32,000 bases of DNA, taken from assembly GCA_049970895.1 (NCBI GenBank), contig JBMFMB010000015.1, positions 3,207 through 35,206 of the forward strand, read 5' to 3'. This DNA is from Candidatus Bathyarchaeia archaeon (GTDB lineage: Archaea > Thermoproteota > Bathyarchaeia > Bathyarchaeales > Bathycorpusculaceae). Position numbers and translations under genes: made by a program. Every line of letters starts with the position of its first letter. Position 1 is the first letter of the stretch. Shown here in pieces: positions 26,444 through 32,000 of this stretch. The notes under the pieces were generated by a model. That model worked only from the letters and a program-made list of their open reading frames with translations, had not been told where the DNA came from and did no database searches.

Positions 26444-26471
26444 GAAACAATAAATTTAAATCCTTAAATAT
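26444..26471 (+). promoter_or_regulatory. BRE/TATA-like promoter box, copy 1 of a duplicated module
   Basis: gaaacaataaatttaaatc is identical over 19 nt to 27091-27109 (26/28 when extended). It lies ~35 nt upstream of ATG 26495. An upstream acgcattt (26432-26439) is also shared. Confidence 0.55.
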
Positions 26472-26494
26472 GAAGATAATGCTGAGGAAAACGC

Positions 26495-26629
26495 ATGAGC
26501 GAAACAAAACAGAGTAAAATTGAATGCGATCATGAGTGGAAGGCTGAAGGGCTAACAGAAGACAAGTCCCATGTTAAGCTTGTCTGTGTGAAGTGCGGCG
26601 CAAAAAAGGAGATTGAACTGTTTCCATAA
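26495..26629 (+). CDS. possible 44-aa zinc-ribbon-like micro-protein
   Basis: MSETKQSKIECDHEW...LVCVKCGAKKEIELFP, with GAGGA upstream. It lies behind a promoter box that is duplicated at 27091. Too short for the ORF track. Confidence 0.3.
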   Translation: MSETKQSKIECDHEWKAEGLTEDKSHVKLVCVKCGAKKEIELFP

Positions 26630-26642
26630 GAAGCGTTGAAGT

Positions 26643-27038
26643 GTGCAAGCCTTAAATGGAAAAACGAAACTATTGGATGAGGAAGCCATGCAGTCAAAGG
26701 AACGTTCAGGTGAAGGCGTTGTCAAAATTAGGAGTTGGGCTGAGTTTAAGCGTCTAGCCGAAAGCCTAAAGCCAAAAGCCGTAGTCTACAACATAGAACA
26801 GAACGGCCTATCGCCAGAAAGAGAATTGACAAATTTGAGGCTTATACTGCCAGCTGGATCAGCCTACTATGTTTTGATAGATTCTCCGAGAGGCGAGGAA
26901 AGGCTTAAGGAGACTGGCATACCACTGCGGAAAGACGAGAAAGGAAACCGTTACTTGGAGGAGGAAGACGTCATAAAATTCTTGAAGGAGCAGTTTAAAC
27001 GCGAAGACCTAATCATATGCTCATACTGGACCATTTAA
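26643..27038 (+). CDS. hypothetical protein
   Basis: 131-aa ORF with a GTG start; an alternative ATG at 26688 has GAGGA upstream. I recognise no motif. Confidence 0.5.
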   Translation: MQALNGKTKLLDEEAMQSKERSGEGVVKIRSWAEFKRLAESLKPKAVVYNIEQNGLSPERELTNLRLILPAGSAYYVLIDSPRGEERLKETGIPLRKDEKGNRYLEEEDVIKFLKEQFKREDLIICSYWTI

Positions 27039-27073
27039 TACATTAGGCTATGTCAGATTTAACGCATTTTTCT

Positions 27074-27094
27074 TTCAGAAAGGATTTCTGAAAC
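27074..27094 (+). promoter_or_regulatory. perfect 9-bp hairpin (tttcagaaa-gga-tttctgaaa): operator or terminator
   Basis: It lies 36 nt after the stop of 26643..27038, and its right arm overlaps the conserved promoter box. It is absent from promoter copy 1. Confidence 0.35.
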
Positions 27095-27118
27095 AATAAA
27101 TTTAAATCTTTGAATATA
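27091..27118 (+). promoter_or_regulatory. BRE/TATA-like promoter box, copy 2
   Basis: Same 19-mer as copy 1, ~40 nt upstream of ATG 27147. The shared acgcattt is at 27063-27070. Confidence 0.55.
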
Positions 27119-27146
27119 TGCAAATATCACCTAAAGGTGAAAGAAT

Positions 27147-27527
27147 ATGAGTGAAAGGAAATTGCCAAGATTTATAATGTGTTTCTGTACTGGTGAGTGC
27201 CCTGGATTCGCAAAGTTGGATTTGTGGAAGTTGATAAACTTTGTTAGGAACGAGCTTGACGTGGAGTACGCCATAATTCATCCACAACTATGCGTCACAG
27301 ATGGAGACAACTTTTTCAGGGATTACTTGAAGGAAACGGATAAGGATAAGATATACATTATAGGCGGTTGCGACCCTAGGATGCAAAGGAAAATGTTCAA
27401 GGATGCCTTTGCTGAGAAAGGTTTGGACTTTGATAAGCAAGTAATTTCTTTGGATTTGAGGAATATGGAAACTGCAGAGGCTATGAAGAAGGTTGAGGAA
27501 GCTGTAAGTAAGGTGGTTGGCGCATAA
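27147..27527 (+). CDS. stand-alone HdrA-N-terminal-domain-like Cys protein
   Basis: FIMCFCTGEC...HPQLCVTDG...IIGGCDPRMQRKMF...LDLRNMETAEAMKK lines up with my recollection of the HdrA N-terminus (VCHCGVNIGG...YYCSDPG...AACSPRLHEPTF...NIREQ...ATEKAK). The four aligned Cys are conserved. Confidence 0.6.
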   Translation: MSERKLPRFIMCFCTGECPGFAKLDLWKLINFVRNELDVEYAIIHPQLCVTDGDNFFRDYLKETDKDKIYIIGGCDPRMQRKMFKDAFAEKGLDFDKQVISLDLRNMETAEAMKKVEEAVSKVVGA

Positions 27528-27528
27528 T

Positions 27529-27891
27529 ATGGGCGAGGAAAAGAAGGAGAAGTACCTCGCTGAGGAGCGGTACTACGGACCTAAGGTTATGGCTCCACAG
27601 AACCCCTTCGGACTGCCTAGAAAGGAGATTAAATGGTACCCGACAATTGACTATAGCAAATGCGACCCAAAAGTATGCGACTACTTCTGCGTTGACTATT
27701 GCCACATGAGAGTTTACAAACGTGTAGGAGACAAAGTTTTTGTCGACGACCCATACAACTGTAATGTGCCGAGCCAGTCATGCGCCCCAAGATGCCCAAC
27801 GGGAGCCATAAGCTTCCCATCGCAAGAGGAGTTAAAACGCCAACTTAGGGAGTTAAGAAAGAAGTATGGATACGTCACAACCAATCCGTAG
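27529..27891 (+). CDS. ferredoxin-like protein, degenerate Cys spacing (paralogue of 27911..28204)
   Basis: GLPRKEIKWYPTIDYSKCDPKVCDYFCVDYC...CNVPSQSCAPRCPTGAISFPSQEELKRQLRELRKKYGY. I prefer ATG 27529, with AAGGTGG upstream; the ORF track starts at TTG 27517. Confidence 0.7.
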   Translation: MGEEKKEKYLAEERYYGPKVMAPQNPFGLPRKEIKWYPTIDYSKCDPKVCDYFCVDYCHMRVYKRVGDKVFVDDPYNCNVPSQSCAPRCPTGAISFPSQEELKRQLRELRKKYGYVTTNP

Positions 27892-27910
27892 CAAGCAAAA
27901 ACACTAGAAG

Positions 27911-28204
27911 ATGAGAGTCGTGGGCGAGGAGAAGACGTATTTAGGAATACCAAGAAAGGAGATTAAATGGTATCCATCAATTAATCATGAACTTTGCACT
28001 GGCTGCGGAATTTGTGTGGAATTCTGCCACGAACACGTTTACGAAAAGCAAGGTGACAAGGCAGTTGTTGCTAGACCTTACGATTGCCTGGTGGGCTGTG
28101 AATCATGCAGACCGCGATGCCCAGTGGGAGCTATAAGTTTCCCTTCAAGGCAGGAACTTAAACAGATGCTTAGAGAACTACGGGAGAAATACGGATACGG
28201 TTAA
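27911..28204 (+). CDS. 2x[4Fe-4S] ferredoxin-domain protein
   Basis: CTGCGICVEFC (CxxCxxCxxxC) plus CLVGCESCRPRCP, and the same C-terminal helix, SRQELKQMLRELREKYGYG, as its upstream paralogue. Confidence 0.8.
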   Translation: MRVVGEEKTYLGIPRKEIKWYPSINHELCTGCGICVEFCHEHVYEKQGDKAVVARPYDCLVGCESCRPRCPVGAISFPSRQELKQMLRELREKYGYG

Positions 28205-28593
28205 GGCTTGGCAAAATCCCACTTAAGCATACTTTCTATCATTTTTGGATTTTTAATGCTGTAGTATACCCATCTGCCCTCTTTTCTGCCCTTCACCAGT
28301 CCAGCGTTTTCCAGTATTTTCAAATGATGAGAGGCTGTTGGCTGTGTTAGGTCAAGGGCTATCATAATTTCGCAGACACACATTTCCCGTACGCCTAAAA
28401 GCTTCAAAATCCTAAGCCTCGTCGTATCAGCCAACGCCTTAAAAAGTTTACATCGCTCCTCAGCCTCATTAACCCTTGCCACATCATCAGCGAGCTGCCT
28501 CAATTCCGCCGCATACTTTTGTGGATCTTCATGAGGGCAAAGTCCGGAACTTATCAGCCGCATAAGCCTCTTATCTATTTTAGACTCAAACAT
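28201..28593 (-). CDS. ArsR/SmtB-family metalloregulator with N-terminal extension
   Basis: LFKALADTTRLRILKLLGVREMCVCEIMIALDLTQPTASHHLKILENAGLV, including a CVC alpha-3 site. The start is taken at MFESK, with a TATA-like box at 28626-28635; the ORF extends to 28638. Confidence 0.85.
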   Translation of the reverse strand: MFESKIDKRLMRLISSGLCPHEDPQKYAAELRQLADDVARVNEAEERCKLFKALADTTRLRILKLLGVREMCVCEIMIALDLTQPTASHHLKILENAGLVKGRKEGRWVYYSIKNPKMIESMLKWDFAKP

Positions 28594-28648
28594 TTTGGTT
28601 TCCCCTAGTAATAGTGAGATTAAAATATTTAAATACATTTTGAAGCTG

Positions 28649-29230
28649 CTACTTCAGTTTAATAGGATTCATCATCCTTTCTATTTGAAACTTATAATTG
28701 CTGTACTCCTTAGAATCTAGTGGAGGGCAATCCCCCAATGTTTTTTCGCCATTTAGGAGTTTGGCCGCAAAAGTGAAACAGCTTTGTTCACCGCACATTT
28801 TGCAGTTCGTTTTCGGCAGAAGCTCGTAAATCTTTGTTGCCGTTAGCTCTTTCTTTGCTTGAACAGCTTCGGGATTTGGTTTTCCATGGGTTTTAAGGTA
28901 TATTATGGCGCGGTTTATAAGGCGCCTAGCCTCTTCCACGAGCTGGTTTGCCTCGTTCCGGTCTTTAACATAGGTCATGGTGATTCTGCCGTTAGCAAAA
29001 ATTGTTATCAAATGCTGTTGGTACATGTAGCTTAGTGCGCCAAGCTTTTCAGAGTATTTGGCGTTTGGAATAGCCAAATAAAGGATTGGCAAAACATCCC
29101 CCAAGGGCTTGTCAGCTTGAGCCCAAAACTTTATCCTTTCAGGATCAGCCGTACAAGGCGAAATCTCCTTAATCTCAACCTTTTTAACAATGGCATCTGC
29201 AAATAAAAGTTCCTCAAATTCACTACTCAT
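28649..29230 (-). CDS. protein with CFeSP/RnfB-type N-terminal [4Fe-4S] domain (PF04060-like) after an unknown ~125-aa domain
   Basis: KIYELLPKTNCKMCGEQSCFTFAAKLLNGEKTLGDCPPL resembles the AcsC/CdhE N-terminus (LPKxNCGECGxPTCxAFAxKLAxGK...CP). Confidence 0.65.
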   Translation of the reverse strand: MSSEFEELLFADAIVKKVEIKEISPCTADPERIKFWAQADKPLGDVLPILYLAIPNAKYSEKLGALSYMYQQHLITIFANGRITMTYVKDRNEANQLVEEARRLINRAIIYLKTHGKPNPEAVQAKKELTATKIYELLPKTNCKMCGEQSCFTFAAKLLNGEKTLGDCPPLDSKEYSNYKFQIERMMNPIKLK

Positions 29231-29234
29231 CCAT

Positions 29235-29786
29235 TTACGCTCCCAGCTCCAGCTTTATTGGCTGTATCATTTTCTCTAATTGTTCTCTGTTAACCGTGTA
29301 TTTTGGTTGTTGGATTTGGGTGCATTCCTGTAGAGTTTTCTCTCCGTTTGCGAGTTTTACGGCGAAGGGGAAACATCCCTGTTCTCCGCATTCCTTGCAG
29401 TTTATTTTAGGCAGAAGCCTGTATATCTCAATGGGGTTGAGCTTTTGTTTAGCCTCTAAAAGCTTTGGGTCTGGAGAACCATGCCTCTCATAATACTCAT
29501 AAGCCTTGTCCAGTACAACCTTCAACTTTTCTAAGAGTCTTAGAGCTATTTCCTCCCTCAAAACACAGCCTAACTTAATCTTTCCATCAGAGTAAACTGT
29601 TACAAGCTTACCGTCTATTAGGAATGTGACGGAGCCGAAGGCTTTAGCATACTGCGAATGAGGTATAGCCAGAAAAAGTATGGGAACAATCTCGCTTAGA
29701 GGCTTGTCTGCTTGGGCTGTTATCTGGAGCTTTCTAGGCTCTAATAGGCAAGGGGTCTTTTCCGTAATGCTGATTTCATAAGCCAT
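29235..29786 (-). CDS. paralogue of 28649..29230 (PF04060-like [4Fe-4S] domain protein)
   Basis: EIYRLLPKINCKECGEQGCFPFAVKLANGEKTLQECTQI. The N-terminal domain is also alignable to its neighbour (ADKPL..I.PILFLAIP, HG.P.P). The gap to the next gene is 4 nt. Confidence 0.65.
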   Translation of the reverse strand: MAYEISITEKTPCLLEPRKLQITAQADKPLSEIVPILFLAIPHSQYAKAFGSVTFLIDGKLVTVYSDGKIKLGCVLREEIALRLLEKLKVVLDKAYEYYERHGSPDPKLLEAKQKLNPIEIYRLLPKINCKECGEQGCFPFAVKLANGEKTLQECTQIQQPKYTVNREQLEKMIQPIKLELGA

Positions 29787-29799
29787 AATCTCAAATCAC

Positions 29800-30192
29800 T
29801 TACAGTTTCGCTTCTTTGATGACAACTTCTGCTATTTTCTTAACATCCGCCTCATAAATGTCAAGGGTTGGCACCTTCTGCAAATACTTTGAAATGTCAA
29901 TTTCATAATCTATCCTTTTCCCAGCCTTCTCCAAGACTTTTGACGCGCATCTGTTACCGCACCCGTTTATAACAATGTTTTTCATGGCTTTCTCTGCTAT
30001 TTCTAAGTGGGGTTTTGAGTTAGCCGCCACAGCTGTTGTGCAGCACATCCTCGCCTTATCAAGATTTGTCAGCAAAACGCCTACGGCGTGTCCTATTTGG
30101 CCGACGTTGGCTGCTCCGTCGCAAACCCAGACCACATTTTCATGTTCGGCAACTTTATAGCATAATGGAAGAATTTTTGGCTGAACTGTCAT
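29800..30192 (-). CDS. DGC-domain (putative zinc-binding) protein, variant motif NGC
   Basis: VCDGAANVGQIGH...CCTTAV...VINGCGNRCASKVLEKAG. Paralogue of the gene immediately upstream. Confidence 0.65.
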   Translation of the reverse strand: MTVQPKILPLCYKVAEHENVVWVCDGAANVGQIGHAVGVLLTNLDKARMCCTTAVAANSKPHLEIAEKAMKNIVINGCGNRCASKVLEKAGKRIDYEIDISKYLQKVPTLDIYEADVKKIAEVVIKEAKL

Positions 30193-30194
30193 GC

Positions 30195-30638
30195 TTATTT
30201 CTCCATAATCGCCTTTATAATCAGTTCTTTAGCCTTCTTTATGTCTTCTTGGGAAATGTATTTTTCAACGCCTAAGCCCTTTCCAATGTCCGTGTGCAAC
30301 GCTATCTTCTTCATGCCTATGTCCCTGGCAAGGACTATGCTTTTTGATATCTTGAAGCCAGCAGCCTCTATGGTTTTTCTGGCACATTCAAAGGGGCAAC
30401 CATCCACAGTTATTATCTTCTTTGCAGCCTTAGCTTTGCCCAAGACGGGCTTAACACCAAGAGGCACCGAAGGCAAGCAGCCAATAGCCACTTTCTCCAA
30501 GCCCAACTCCCTGACAACTTCCAAACATGCCAATGCGCTTGTTAATCCGGTGTTAGATAAGCCGCCAAAACAAGAGAACAATATGTTCTCATGGGTCGGC
30601 ATGCCTTCCTGCCATTCTCCCTCCCTAGACATTAACAT
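30195..30638 (-). CDS. DGC-domain (putative zinc-binding) protein
   Basis: FSCFGGLSNTGLTSALAC...IGC...ITVDGCPFECARKTIEAAG shows the named DGC motif and the conserved Cys set. Confidence 0.72.
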   Translation of the reverse strand: MLMSREGEWQEGMPTHENILFSCFGGLSNTGLTSALACLEVVRELGLEKVAIGCLPSVPLGVKPVLGKAKAAKKIITVDGCPFECARKTIEAAGFKISKSIVLARDIGMKKIALHTDIGKGLGVEKYISQEDIKKAKELIIKAIMEK

Positions 30639-30648
30639 TCAGCACCTC

Positions 30649-30909
30649 CTACTGCACACCTGCCTCCCTTAAGGCTTCTTTGAAGGTTTCCTCGCTTGGG
30701 CAGACGCCTATGATGCGGATGTCCTTGTCGATTACGACGGCGGGGCTTGCGTTTATGCCATATTCGCTTAGCTTCTGGTTCACTCCACGATAAATTTCAA
30801 TTTCAATTTTGTCCTTATACTCCTCTCTTATCTTCTCTATCAATTTTAGCAGCAGTCTTCCACCCGAGCATGGCGGCTCCGAAGTGAAAACTTCAACTTT
30901 TACTGGCAT
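30649..30909 (-). CDS. Thioredoxin_3 / MTH895-type small thioredoxin-fold protein, CxxG variant
   Basis: MPVKVEVFTSEPPCSGG...YGINASPAVVIDKDIRIIGVCPSEE. The second active-site Cys is replaced by Gly. Its start overlaps the upstream paralogue by 17 nt. Confidence 0.75.
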   Translation of the reverse strand: MPVKVEVFTSEPPCSGGRLLLKLIEKIREEYKDKIEIEIYRGVNQKLSEYGINASPAVVIDKDIRIIGVCPSEETFKEALREAGVQ

Positions 30910-31171
30910 GTTTAAACCTCATTTCTTTAAGCGCTGCTTCAATGGTTTGCATGCTTGGGCAGACGCCCATAATCTTTATTTTGCCTTCGTTGAAGACTAT
31001 GGCTGGAACCACTGTTATGCCATACTTTCCAAACTCTTCGCATGGTCCAACATGCTTAATCACTTCCACCCTGTCGCCATACTTCGCCTTAATCAGGTCC
31101 GCGTACTCCAAGAGTTTTAGGCAACCGGCACACGGCGGCTCAGCCGTAAAAGTTTCAACCTTCACAACCAT
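30893..31171 (-). CDS. Thioredoxin_3 / MTH895-type small thioredoxin-fold protein (CAGC)
   Basis: MVVKVETFTAEPPCAGC...YGITVVPAIVFNEGKIKIMGVCPS. Confidence 0.8.
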   Translation of the reverse strand: MVVKVETFTAEPPCAGCLKLLEYADLIKAKYGDRVEVIKHVGPCEEFGKYGITVVPAIVFNEGKIKIMGVCPSMQTIEAALKEMRFKHASKS

Positions 31172-31182
31172 TTAGCAACACC

Positions 31183-31506
31183 TTAAACTATTTGCTCAAC
31201 AACATGCTTTACAAGTGCATCCACGAAATTGACATCAACAGCATCAATCACCTTGAAAACGGCTGGATTAGTCACAGAGTAAAAGCGCCTGTTCCCTTCC
31301 CTTCTGTCTCTGACAAGCCCACATCTTTTAAGAATGGCAAGATGCCTAGAGACCAGCGGTTGGGTTATCCCCACATAGGGGACGATTTCGCAGACGCATC
31401 TTTCGCCACCACGTAAAAATTCGAGAATTTTAAGCCTCACCGGGTCGGCTAGCGCATTAAAGACTTTAGCCCTAAACTTTTCCATGTTTTTCATTTTTGG
31501 ATGCAC
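31183..31506 (-). CDS. ArsR/SmtB-family metalloregulator
   Basis: VFNALADPVRLKILEFLRGGERCVCEIVPYVGITQPLVSRHLAILKRCGLV, including a CVC site. GTG start at 31506 or ATG at 31494. Confidence 0.85.
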   Translation of the reverse strand: MHPKMKNMEKFRAKVFNALADPVRLKILEFLRGGERCVCEIVPYVGITQPLVSRHLAILKRCGLVRDRREGNRRFYSVTNPAVFKVIDAVDVNFVDALVKHVVEQIV

Positions 31507-31526
31507 GTTTAAAGCAAAGTCTATAA

Positions 31527-31542
31527 CAATATTTAAATATTG
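31527..31542. promoter_or_regulatory. perfect 16-bp palindrome centred on a TATA-like TTTAAA in the divergent arsR / trx-like intergenic region
   Basis: caatatttaaatattg. It lies ~21 nt from the arsR GTG and ~36 nt from the trx-like ATG. Confidence 0.5.
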
Positions 31543-31577
31543 CTATACTCCTTCACATTCTCCAGGGTGAAAACCAC

Positions 31578-31850
31578 ATGAAAGAAGTAAAAGTCGAGGT
31601 TATTGGGACCGAACCGCCTTGCATGCGTTGCCAAGCGACAAGAAAAGCCGTGGAAAAAGCTGCTGTGAAGCTTAAGCAAGCTGGTGTCATGGTGAACATT
31701 GAAAAGGCGAACATAATGTCGAAGGAGGTTGTCCAAAAATACGGCGTTTTGGTTTCGCCAGCCGTAGCCATAAACAACACGGTCAAAATCATGGGGCGGG
31801 TTCCAAGCCCAGAGGAAGTTGAAAAGCTGATTATGGAAGAAGCCAAATAG
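31578..31850 (+). CDS. Thioredoxin_3 / MTH895-type small thioredoxin-fold protein (CMRC)
   Basis: VKVEVIGTEPPCMRCQATRKAVE...YGVLVSPAVAINNTVKIMGRVPSPEEVEKLI. Confidence 0.8.
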   Translation: MKEVKVEVIGTEPPCMRCQATRKAVEKAAVKLKQAGVMVNIEKANIMSKEVVQKYGVLVSPAVAINNTVKIMGRVPSPEEVEKLIMEEAK

Positions 31851-31865
31851 AAGGCGAAAAAGCAT

Positions 31866-32000
31866 ATGGAGGAAAAAACTAAGGGGGCTATCAGAGCTGG
31901 CGTAATCCTAGCCTTCGTAGCTGTTGTAATAGGGCTTTTAATCTACAGCCGCATAGTGGCTTATTCAATGGCGCCGCAATCAAAACCCATTGATTTACGC
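31866..32000 (+). CDS. membrane-anchored protein, 5' partial (runs off the window)
   Basis: ATG 16 nt after the Trx-like stop. MEEKTKGAIRAGVILAFVAVVIGLLIYSRIV forms one TM helix followed by a hydrophilic stretch. Identity is undeterminable from 45 codons. Confidence 0.4.
   Translation, partial: MEEKTKGAIRAGVILAFVAVVIGLLIYSRIVAYSMAPQSKPIDLR

Noticed and set aside
27529-29786. A possible HgcAB-like (mercury methylation) pair, suggested by the ferredoxins next to CFeSP-related proteins and metal regulators.
   Set aside because: Only the small N-terminal [4Fe-4S] domain of CFeSP is present. There is no corrinoid-binding cap-helix motif (N-V/I-W-C-A) and no transmembrane domain.
31533-31865. Two minus-strand ORFs (110 aa and 97 aa) opposite the third Trx-like gene.
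   Set aside because: The plus-strand product has a clear thioredoxin-fold sequence paralogous to two neighbouring genes. The antisense ORFs have no motifs.
1-32000. A scan for CRISPR arrays, rRNA, long tandem repeats and intact transposases or integrases.
   Set aside because: No regularly spaced direct repeats, rRNA-like sequence or DDE/tyrosine-recombinase-length ORFs were seen by eye. Only the short remnants reported above were found.

Overview
Archaeal chromosomal window, mid-40s % GC by eye and almost fully coding. Lineage markers are reverse gyrase (thermophile hallmark), FtsZ preceded by a CdrS-like RHH gene, a TIP49/RuvB-like AAA+ ATPase, TrmY, and four tRNA genes (one with a 19-nt anticodon-loop intron, two with encoded CCA). 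My guess is an uncultivated thermophilic archaeon, possibly Bathyarchaeia-like, but this cannot be tested without a search. Positions 1-23 kb are mostly housekeeping: coaBC, an HtrA-type protease, thiL, an AmrS-type radical SAM enzyme, an MFS transporter, TIP49, trmY, rgy, nadX, ftsZ, mtaB and pckG. This part also holds several decay or scar loci: a diverged duplicate of the coaBC 3' end, a 215-bp inverted-repeat element, a multiply frameshifted GNAT gene, a disrupted nitroreductase-like gene, and an integrase-N-terminus-like remnant beside tRNA-Leu. Positions 23.3-32 kb form an accessory metal/thiol/redox region. (i) One minus-strand unit encodes a Cys/His-decorated PadR regulator, an overlapping Cys5-His9 micro-protein, a cupin, an ABC-2 exporter and a small tail protein. 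(ii) Two convergent operons encode single-domain Fe-S/thiol modules. The plus-strand operon carries a stand-alone HdrA-N-terminal-like module and a ferredoxin pair. The minus-strand operon carries two Trx-like genes, two DGC-domain genes and two genes with a CFeSP-type [4Fe-4S] domain, bracketed by two ArsR/SmtB regulators that have the CVC metalloid-site motif. A third Trx-like gene and a membrane protein diverge from a palindromic TATA/operator. This ArsR-bracketed cluster of tandem paralogue pairs, with no canonical ars genes in view, is my best candidate for an undescribed system. I saw no CRISPR array, no rRNA and no intact transposase or integrase. All family calls rest on motif recognition by eye and need HMM or BLAST confirmation.
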